From contig JANHCV010000003.1 of the NCBI GenBank assembly GCA_025594325.1, positions 2,542,001 to 2,606,000 of the forward strand: DNA of 64,000 bases. Direction: 5' to 3'. Positions 44,795 through 55,086 of the stretch are shown piece after piece. The position numbers and the translations under genes are program-made. Positions within the stretch are counted from its first letter, which is position 1. The number at the start of each line of letters is the position of its first letter. Under the pieces are notes generated by a model. It was given only the letters and a program-made list of their open reading frames with translations, made no database searches and was not told the origin of the DNA. This DNA is from Blastocladiella emersonii ATCC 22665 (Eukaryota; Fungi; Blastocladiomycota).

Positions 44795-45097
44795 TGGTTC
44801 ACCGTCTAATACATGGGAGGAAGGAGGGCGGGAGAGTGAGCTGACAGATGGGCGTGGAAGCCCGATCGTCGCGTGACCGGCGCGCGCGGCAGCGTGGCGC
44901 GGAGACATTGCATCACTCTGCGTGGCGCATCAGGTGCGCGCACGTGCGCCGATCTTTCTCGCGCGTGGCGTCTCCGCTTGGCGTCTCCCCTTGGGTGCCG
45001 CGCCACAGCAGTCCCCGCTCTCCCTCCCTCGGCAACTCTGCACCGAACCTGCTACGCATCAACGAACTTCACACGCACGCACGCACGCACCCGAGTC

Positions 45098-46446
45098 ATG
45101 GCCTCCGACTCGACGACCATGACCTCGCGGCCCGCCCACCCGCCCCGCGCGCCCGCCGCCGCCGTCGTTGGCAAGCCCGACGTGCGCTTCCTCGACGTGA
45201 CCGTCGACGAGGCCGACCTCGACGGCTGGGCGCGCCGCCTGGGTGCCGACCTCGGCCTGGCCTCGGCTGCCGACGTGGCCGCTGCGCGCGTGACGCGGTG
45301 CAAGCAGGGCATCACCAACAAGCGTACGCCTGCTTGCTCCGACTTGCTGTGCCCGCGCGGCTGACCTCCTGCTCCAGTCCTCAAGGTGTCGCTGCCGAAC
45401 GGCACAAAGTACCTCGTGCGCGTGTACGGGCACGGCACGTCGGCGCTGATTGACCGTGACGCCGAGGTGCGCAACATGGCGTGGCTCGCGGCGCACGGCA
45501 TGGCCCCGCCGCTGCACGCCCGCTTCCGCAACGGCCTCGTCTACGGCTTCGTCCCCGGCGACGCCGCCCACCCCGAGGCCCTCGCCCACCCCGCCGTCTG
45601 GCCCGCCATTGCCCGCCACGTCGCCGAGTGGCACGCGCTGCCGCTCCCGCCCGCCGCCAAGGACGCCGGCTCCACGCTGTTCCCGACGCTCGACCGCTGG
45701 CTCGCCATGGGTACGCCTCGCGCTGCTTTACCCGCCGGGAACTGCTCGCTGACGCAGTGCTCTGCCCTCCTCCAGTGTATGAGTCGGCCGGCCCGTCCGC
45801 GACCCACTTCCACGGCATCGCCCTCGCCGACCTGACGGCGCAGCGCGACCTGCTCGCCGCGACGCTGCCCGCCACGCCCGTCGTCTTCGCCCACAACGAC
45901 CTGCTGTCGGGCAACATCATCCTGCAGCACGCCGACGACATTACGCCGCCGACCTCGCCCACCGTGACCACCTCGTCGGGCAACGACTCGGACGACCACA
46001 TCGAGACCGAGTCAGAGCTGCGCACCGTGGCGCGCGCCCGCTTCATCGACTACGAGTACGGAGGCGTCGGCTGCGCGGCCTTCGACATTGCAAATTCATT
46101 TTGCGAATGGGCCGGGTTCGACTGCGAGTACTACCGCTACCCGTCACTTGCAACGCAGCGCGCATGGCTGCGCGTGTACCTCGGCGCGTCGGCCACCGAC
46201 GCCGCCGTCGACGTGTGGCAGGCCGCCGTCGCCGAGTACACGCTCGCCGCGCACCTGTACTGGATCCTGTGGGCGCTCGTCCAGGCCACCGTGTCCGATA
46301 TCGACTTTGACTACGCCGCGTACGCCAACCTGCGCTGGGCCGAGTACCACCGCTGGGCCAAGACCAAGTGCCCGCCGCCTCCGCCATGTCGGCCCGCGTC
46401 GGCCGCGTCCGCGGCCTCGTCGGCGCTGGCCGAGGGCGCAGAGTAG
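45098..46446 (+). CDS. EKI1: Ethanolamine kinase (2 introns)
   Basis: GITNKL, LVRVYGHGT..IDR..E, FRNGLVYGF.PG, Brenner motif HNDLLSGNII, FIDYEY, FDIANSFCEWAG, HLYWILWALVQA..S.IDFDY. Confidence 0.9.
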
Positions 46447-46521
46447 GAACGATTTGATAGACATGTAACTGACTTATACATTTGCCTTCAAAACTGCTCG
46501 AACAATAACGGTTTCTCCACT

Positions 46522-49500
46522 CTACGCGACGTACACGCGCGCCTGCGCAATCACCCGGTGCCCGGTGAGGTCGACGAGCCCCGGGAACACGGTCCACGCG
46601 ACCTCGGCCGTCGCCGCGCCGCTACCACCGCCCTTCGCGCCGCCGCCCTTCATCCCCGTAGTGTCGTGGACGCTGGGCCCGCCGACGACGATCATGAGCG
46701 CGTCGCGCACGGGACACCCAGCCTGCGGGACGACGAGCGCCGCGTACGCGCGCGCCGCCTTGATCCGGTACCACCGCACCGCCTGCGTCCACAGAAACTC
46801 GTCCCAGTCGATGCCGCCGCTCGCGAACGCCGCAGGGAACACGCGGGACAGGTCTTGCCGGAACTGCGCCGCGCCGACGCGCGCGACGAGCGCGAGCGCC
46901 GCAACCGGGTCGTCGCGTGCGTACTGCTGCGGCGGGTGGCCGCCCAGCGCGCCGGGTGCGAGCGCGGGCGAGGAGGAGGCGGCCGCCACCGCGTGCATCC
47001 CGGCGGGCCGCATCACGTCGCGCGCGCGCACGTCCCTTGCGACCGCGGCGATATCGGCAAACAGGTGCGCGAGGTGTTTCGGCTTGGGCGCGGCGCGGCT
47101 TCCGTCGCGACTCACGACAAACAGCGCCGGGTGGACCACCGCGTCGAGGAACTTGCGCAGCAGGCCCGTCAGCTGGTGCAGGACCTGCGCGCGGTGCCGG
47201 CGCGCCGACGCGAGCCCGTCGACGGCGTGCAGCGACGCCGAGGCCATGACCGGGGACGCCGTTGGGTCGGTCGGGGTGAGCGGTTCCGGGGCGGCTGTCG
47301 ACGAGTTGGAGACCGCAACGGCGTGCGCGGCGACCGTGCTCAGGTCCACGAACATGGCGTACCAGTCGTCGAGCACGCCCGCGAGCGCGACCTCGGGGTC
47401 CGCGTCCGGCGACGAGTACGACGGGAACACGGACGCGAGGTCGTCCTCCTCGTTCGTCGCCATTGCGTGGTTTGCCGTGTGCGCGGGCGCGGGGTGATGG
47501 TGCTTGCGCCGCGCGGCCGTGGCCGTGGGCCGCAGCCCGAACGACGACAGCGTGACCGAGCAGCCCGCGAGATCGAGCGGCGCGGGTTTCGGGCGCCGCT
47601 GCGACCCGGCGCGCGTCAGCGACAGCGCGAGCGACGCGACGGGCGTGGTTGAGCCGTACTCGTGGTGTTGATGAGCAGGCACGTCGCGCTGCGTGCGGCT
47701 CGTGGTCGCAGCAGCTGCGGCGGCGGCAGCCCGGTACTTGCTCCCCGACAGCGACCGGCGGAGCCCGTGCACGGCGCCGGCGACGACGCGCAGCGCGCCC
47801 GAGGACTCGGTGCTCGCCCGCGGCATCGTCGCCGGAGTCACGAGCGCGGGGGCGGCGACGCGCGTGTCGAGCGACAGGGACACCTCGCTCTCGCGCAGCG
47901 CGGCCGGGACCAGGTACATGCTCTCCTCGGACCCGGGCGGGATCAGCAGCGAGTCGTGCGACGGGCGCTTGCGCGCCTTGGCCGCACCAAGCTCGCGCGC
48001 GGGCTCGAGGGCGTCGAGGTGCGGGCGCGGGGACATGTTGCCGTCGCCGGCGCGCAGCGACGCGTCTGACGGTGCCACGACGCCGTGGATCGGGAGCGAA
48101 AGGGCGCTCCCGCTGGCGAGCCGCTCGCGCGAAATGGACGCGACCTCGGCGCCGCCGTCCTCGTGGTCGTTCATGGGCAGCGTGTGCTGGCCGAGGGCCG
48201 CGGCGGCCGACGATGAGGCCGACGGCGTGCTGCGGAAGCTGATGGCGTACTGCGGGGCGGCCGTCGTCGTGGACGCGGTCGCGAGCGAGGCGGTCGCCGA
48301 GTCTGTCTTCTTGCCGTGACGTACCGCGGGCGACACGTCGGCCGCGCGCGCGTGCTTCGACGGCGCCATCAGGCTGCTGCCGTCGTTGGACCACGACGTG
48401 ACCCAGGGGCTCGCGGGCGCGGTCCCGTTGACGGGCGTGTCGCACGGTGTCGCCGCCGAGTCGCAGGAGGCCGTCGAAGAGGAGGCAAAGTAGAGGCCCT
48501 TGCCCGGCAGCAGCGTGCCGCTGGTCCCCGTGCCCGTGCTGCTGGTCGGGCTCGCGGTCATGGCGCGGTGCGTAGTGCGGCGCGCAACGTCGGGCGACGC
48601 AGCAGCGGCGGTGGTGGCGAGGAGCGGGCCAAGCGACGCGTCGCTGGTGGCGCCGTCGCGGACCGTGTACAGGTGGGCGACGGAGCCGGGCGAAGCGGGC
48701 GAGCCAGCACGAATGATGGCCGAGGTGGCGGCGAGTGGCGACGGGACCGGGGTCTCGCACGGACCGGCCCAGCCGGAGGGCGCGCTGGCGCCGGTCGGCG
48801 AGGTGCGGGCGAAGGTGGAGCCCGGAGCGAGGACGAGGTGGTCGCGGGACGGCACCTTGCGCGCGCGGCCGACCATCTCCTGGCGGCGGTCGTAGCGGCG
48901 CTTGCGGTTGCGACGGCGGCGGAGCAGGAGGAGGGCGGCGATGCACAGGGCGAGCAGGGCGAGGGCGCCGAGGACGGGGCCGACAATGAGCCAGGTGCGC
49001 GAGGCGGTCAAGTCCGAGGACGAGTCGTCGTCGGGGACGCTAGCACCCGTGGTCGCGGCGGTGCCCGCGCCCGTCGGGCTCGCAGGCGAGGAGCCGTTCT
49101 TGCCGCTGCCGGCGGCCGAGGCGACGGTGACGCGGCCGGTGCAGGCGATGGGGCCGACGATGCTCGAGTCGGGGCGGTTGAGGGTGACGCAGGCGGCGGG
49201 GTTGTCGTTGAAGCAGCCAATGACGGCGCCGGTGCGCGGGTCGGCGTCGGCGGCGGCGACGACCTCGTTGATACGCAGGCCTGATGGATGGCGCGGAGTA
49301 AGTCTCGATGACCATGCCACACGATCAAGCGGATGATGAGTACAGTACCAGCAGGAAGGCCCTGGAAGGCGGCGTCGCCGGGCGGGCCCGAGCAGCCGGG
49401 GTCGCAGGCGCTGACCGAAGCGCCGAGGGCGGCGGTACCGCGGGCGCGCACGTCGTCGACGAGGTCCGAGTGGATGACGAGGGTGCCCGAGGAACAGAGC

Positions 49501-49787
49501 AGGGCCACGTCCCGCAGCGGGGCGTTGTCCTTGCCGACGGTGGTGAAGGGGTAGACGACGCAGCCGCGGATCGGGGCGGGGGCGCGCGGGTTGATGATCA
49601 GGTTGTCGATGGCGGTGCGGACGCCGGCGGGCAGGCGCAGCCAGTTGGCGGACGAGCGCCAGGCGGCGGCGTTGTGGGTCGGGCGGTACGACGGCATGGC
49701 GGCGCACGCGCCGAGCGGGAAGACGACGTCGGCGCCGGCGGGGGCGGCGGTCGCGGACGCGCGGGTCGACGAGGCGGTCGCGCTCAT
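46522..49787 (-). CDS. Single-pass membrane receptor-like protein: Cys-containing ectodomain, long S/T-rich cytoplasmic region, conserved-looking C-terminal domain (intron 49348-49281)
   Basis: The intron joins ORF 49008..49910 to ORF 46522..49707 in frame (GLPA-GLRINE). TM LIVGPVLGALALLALCIAALLLL is followed by RRRRNRKRR. The start is uncertain. Confidence 0.65.
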
Positions 49788-51098
49788 GGCGGCAATGAGT
49801 GTGCGGTGCAGATGCAAGGGACGGCCGCGGCGGGAGAGCGATGGCTGGAGAGCAAGAGCGAGAACTCTATCGAGTCGAGATGGCGTCGCCGTCGAGTCGC
49901 CGCTGCTCACGAGTGGGTGGGCGCAGCGGCGAGGTGGGCGCGGGAAGCTGCCCGGCAGAGCAGGTCGGCGGGCAGAGGGCGATCGCAGCGGCCGAAGCAG
50001 CGAGGCAGCGGGTGGCGGTCGAGCAGAGCGGAGAGGAGGTCGGGACGGGACGGCACGCGCGTCGCTGCAGGGACGGACAGTCTAGGGCGGCGCGGCGAGT
50101 GCAGCGACTCTACTCCATGTACATGTGCGAATCCACGATCAACGGGAGCGGGCGACGTCGGCCGGGTGGCAACCGAAAACTCAAACGGCTACACCGCACA
50201 CGTGACGCGATGGCAGGGCTCGACATGGCAGCTGCCACACCGCAGGCACACCCCATTGCCGCTCGGAGGGGCGCAGAGGTTCACCGCGACGATGAGGTCG
50301 ATCACTGACACGGCGAGGCACGCGCTCTTGCACATGCGCCGTGGTGGCCGTGTCTGCGCCGCCGTATCGCATCGGGGAGCGAGTCGGTGAGCAGGCGAGC
50401 CGGGCGTGCATGTGCCTTGAGCGAGAAAAGAGAAGAGGGAAATTGGGCGTGGCCTTGCGGGCAGCGAGCAGTGGCGACCGCGATAAGGGGGGCAACGGGG
50501 GCGGCGGCAGCGGCGCGGTCGGCCGATCAGATCGCGGCGTGGCGCCGAACGCCCGATCGCGGCCGGCGCGTCGGCGGGTTGCCTCGCGCTGTGCGCCGCG
50601 GCCTCGCGCTCGACACGGCCACCCGCCCGGGCCGACCAGCTCCGCTCACATGGGCCAAATGAGTGGCGGGTCCGCGCTGCTCCCGCGCTCGCGCGCGCGT
50701 CCGGCCGGCTGCCTGGGGGCCGGGCAAGGCGGCGCCCTCCAGGGCGCCCTCCCCTGAGCGTGCCAGGAAGCCCCAAACCGATGATTCGGCCCTCGGTGCG
50801 CGACGCGACTGCAGTCGCATTGCAGTCGCATTCCTTCCCACGCACCAGGTCGATCCGCGGCGATCGGGCGCGCCCGCCGCTCGCCTGTCAGTGCAGCACG
50901 GCGAGTGGTGCGGACAGGAAGGCGACGGAACGGACAGCGCAGCTCGAGGCGCTGCCGAATCCGTGCGCTCCGCTGCCCCAACCCACCCCCCACCGATACG
51001 CGACGCACTTCTTTCGCAACTTGCTGCAACTTGCTCTCGGCGCGGGCGCCGTTCTCCACCTGCCCGCCGTCGCCGCCCCCGCGGCCTCCCGCCCCGCC

Positions 51099-54000
51099 AT
51101 GCCGTCCCCACCGCGGCTGCCGCTGCCGCTGGCCCGCGCGAGCACCCACTCGTCGTCTTCCCCGCCACCACCGCGCCCGTGCCGCCACCCCCTCGACCGC
51201 TGCTGGTGCCCCGGACCCGGCCGCCGCAGCAGCAGCACTGCGTCGCGCTCGCGCTCGCGCTCCCGCATCCGCGTCGACGCCGCTGCCGTCGCAACCACCG
51301 CCCCGCCCGCCGGCACCCACTTTATCGCTGTCGGCGGCAGCACCGGCAGCACCGGCAGTAGCCATCGGGACCATACTCGCCCGACTGGTCCAATCCAGCG
51401 GCCCGCGCGACGATCCTCCTCCGATGGCGACTGCAGCGGCAGCAGCAAGGGCGCCGCCGTGAGCCCGCGCCGGCTGCGCGTCCTCCGCCTCGCCTCGCTG
51501 TACGGGCCCGCGCTGCTGGTCCTCCTCATCGCCGCCGCCGCCACCATCCTCGCCCACCGCTCCGTGCGCTACGTCGAGTGGAAGAAGTTTGTCTCGGCCG
51601 TCGGCACCCGCTGCTCGATCCAGGCCAGCAAGTTCGAGTCCGAGCTCAACGGCCGCCTGCTGACCCCGACCCGCGCCATGGCCGCCTTCGTCGCCGGCCG
51701 CGCCGCACCCGTCGGCGACGACGTCCTCGCCCGCCTGTGCAGGGCCACCAACTTCTCCTCGCTCAACCGCGCCCTCGTCGCCGAGCGCGTGCCCGACGCT
51801 GACCGCGCCGCCTGGGAGCAGCGCACCGGCATCACCATCAAGGAAATCGACCTCTTTGGCGACCCGCAGTCGGGCGTCCGCGTCTCGCAGTTCCGCCCGC
51901 GCCCGCCCGGCAGCCGGCCCGAGTACTGGCCGGGCATCGCCACCGCGCCCAAGAACACGTCGATCCTCGGCCTCGACGTCAACGATGGCGTCCGCGCCCC
52001 CGCCTTCCTCGCCGCCGCCTACCGCACCAGCGCCGACGGCGCCCTGTCCAACGCCTTCCCGCTCGTCGCCGCCGCCACCGAGCCCGACGATCCCGCCGGG
52101 TCCTACTCGTATGGCATCGTCTACTACGCGCCGAGCTTCGACGTGCCCACCAACGCGTCGGGCACCCCCGGCAATACCACCTACGTCGTGTCGCTCGCTT
52201 TCAACCTGCGCCGCTTCATGGACACGGCCATCTGCCCGCCCTCGGTCGCCAGCTACATGCGCTACACGCTCTACGTCAACAACACGGTCGCCTACGTGTC
52301 GCCGTCGTTCCCGACCGACGGCGCCCCCACGGGGCTCGCCGTCCGCCGCAGACTCACCCTCGGCGGCCAGCCCATCATGCTCCTGTGCCAGCCCACGGCG
52401 CCCTCGGCCGCGCTCTACCTCACCATGTGGCAGATCTACGCCCCCATCATCGCCGCCGTCGCCGGCGCCCTCCTCACCTTCACCGTCTACCGCCTCACGC
52501 GCCGCTTCCAGTGGTCGCGCAAGGTTCGTTTCCTCTTGTGTGGCTACTGCTGCCATGACACTCGCTAAACCAAGACTTGTGTGTAGGTCGAGGACCTCCT
52601 CGGCAGCTGGCGCAGCTACTCGCAGGCCGTCATCCAGGCCAACCCAAACGGCATGATCCTCGTCGACCACGCCGGCATGGTCACGGGCGTGAACGAGCCG
52701 CTCATGATGCTCGCCGGACACAACTGCACGTCGATCCAGTCCGTGTTCCAGATCACGGACCTGCTCAAGCTCATCCCGCCCCCGGACGGCGACCGCCGTC
52801 ACCGTGAGCGTGAGCATGAGCGGAACCAGGCCGCCGCCGACGACCACGACCACCGTGACGGCACTTGCGAAACGGACGCCCTGCTCGGCTCGCCGCCCCG
52901 CCCGCCCCGCAGCCGGTCCCAACACCACTACCGCCACGCGAACACGGACGCGCACCACCGGCGCCGCCGCCGCCAGTCGCCGTCGCCCGAGTGGACCCGC
53001 AACCCGCGCGTGCACCAGCAGCTGCTCCTCGCGCCGGGCCGCCGCGAGGCCCAGCTCCTCGGCCCGCACGGCGCCCTCACCGACGTGGTCGTGAGCGTGT
53101 CGGAGCCGACGGACGACCCGGAGGTCAGCCAGGTGCTCGTGCTCACGGACCTGACGGAGCAGCGCGCGCGCGACCGCCAGCTCAACGAGCTCCTCGAGGA
53201 GACCAAGTCGCTCAACCAGCGCCAGCGCCGCCTGCTGCTGTTCCTCGCACACGAGCTGCGCAACCCCGTCTACGTGATCCAGGGCACCATGCAGGCCGTC
53301 GAGTCCGACGTCGACCGGTCCGCGGTCCTCGCCGCCGCCGAGCACATGCGCGCGCTCCTCGAGGGCGTCGTCGAGTACATGGGCGCGGCCGACGGCAACG
53401 ACGGTGACGCGGCCGAGGTCAGCGAGTCGGCCGAGGGTGGGTGGTACCACGTCGACGTCGCGGCCGAGAGCCTGCACGACCTGCCCGCGTGTCCACTCGC
53501 TGCGCCACCACCCGCGGCCGCAACATCGCCCGCCTGCGTGTGCGTGTCGCCCCTTACGCGGCGCGCGCTCGCCAAGATCGCCGTCGTCGGGCGCACGATC
53601 CCGGGCACCGCGGCCAACGGGTGGAGCGTGCTCGACTCCCCGCCGCCGGCACGCGCCGAGGTCCGCCTGTGGCTCCCGCCGACGCTCGCGCCGCACGAGG
53701 TCAAGGCGCTGACCACGCGGTTCGACTGGTCAGTCCCTGGCCAGGGCGCCGAGTTCCGCCTCCTCGGGCTGCAGGTCGCGGCGCTCCGCCGACTCGTCGA
53801 GCGCGCCGGCGGCAGCGTCAGCGTGGCCCGGTGCGCGCCGTCCGAGCCGGGCTCCGGGTACGTGCTCGCGGTATGCGTCCCCGTCCGCGCGTGCCCCGCG
53901 CCGCCCGGCGCCCCGTGCCCGCTGCAGTCCATCAAGCCGCCAGCGCCGACGCGCGATGCGTGGCCAGCAACCGCACCGACGTCGCCCGTGCCCTCGCGGC

Positions 54001-54713
54001 CGCCATCGGGTGGCTGTTCACCGCCCGCCACGACCGCCGCCGCCGTGTCGTCCGCGCTTCCGGTTCCCGCGGATCCGCCAGAAACGAGGCCCGCGGCCGC
54101 TGTATCAGCAGACTTGCTCCCGCCGCCGCCGCCACCGCCTGACCCGGCCGCGCGGGCGCCCAGCCCTGTAGCGCAGTGCGCTTCGCCTCCAGCCGCTGCC
54201 GCGCACGATACCACGTCGCCCGATGCCGCTGCCGCTGCCGCTGCTGCGCCCGGCGCACCACCACCGCCGCAGGAACGCACGGCCGTCCTCGTGGTCGAGG
54301 ACAACGAGCTCGTGCAGCGGATCACGGTGGCGACGCTGCGGCGCGCGGGGCACGTCGTGCACACGGCGGCCAACGGGCAGGAGGCGCTCGACGCGCTGCT
54401 GACGCCCGGCTCGCCCGCGCGCGCGGCCGTCGGCGTGGTCCTCATGGACCTGATGATGCCCGTGCTCGACGGGGTCGAGGCGACGCGGCGGTTGCGCGCC
54501 ACCGACGACGCGCATGTCGCGTCGCTGCCCGTGATCGCCATCACGGCGAACGTGCTGCGTGAGGAGCTCGTGCGGTGCTACCGCGCCGGGTTCACGGGGT
54601 TCATGGCGAAACCCGTGCCGAAGCCGCGGCTGCTCGGCGCCGTGGCCGCGGCGCTCGCGGGCACCGCGGCCGGCGGCGGGTACGAGTGGCCCGACGACCT
54701 GCTCGACTCGTGA
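51099..54713 (+). CDS. HK4: CHASE-PAS hybrid histidine-kinase-like receptor with degenerate ATPase domain and complete receiver (intron 52524-52586)
   Basis: TM1 (LYGPALLVLLIAAAATILA), CHASE-like (ERVPDADRAAWEQRTGITIKE...RPEYWP..TAPKN..ILGLDV), TM2, PAS, LAHELRNP, REC (VEDN, DLMMP, AITAN, AKP). Confidence 0.87.
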
Positions 54714-55086
54714 ACACACATACATGTAAAGACAGACACACGTCAATCAACAGGGCAACCGTTCTTCTCCCGCTTCCGCGAGCGCCAGGCCCGTATCGCG
54801 ATGCCGCGGCGGCATCATGCTAGCTCCATGCCCCGGTTCGGCACCATCGGTCGCGATCGGGCGCCGTCCTGAGCGCCGTGCCGCGCGCGGGCGCAAAGGG
54901 CTTCCCAAAGTGATCGGCGCGCCAAAACGTGACGCCGGCGCCGGTTGACGCCACGACTTGCGCCGCGAGAAGCGAAGCGCGGCAGGGGATCGCCGCAGGA
55001 AGCCTTCGCTTGTCGCCCTGCGCACACCGCGCCCATCGCAACCCGCCCTGCCCATGTAACCTGCCGTGTCCCAACTCGCCGCAACG

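Noticed and set aside
43859-46446. FAD1 and EKI1 inside the receptor cluster (FAD as a possible PAS cofactor)
   Set aside because: Conserved housekeeping genes in a head-to-head pair; nothing in the PAS sequences specifically indicates flavin binding, so the position is more simply explained by duplication around them.
50646-53696. 1016-aa minus-strand ORF
   Set aside because: Antisense to HK4, no recognisable domain, typical of strong codon bias.
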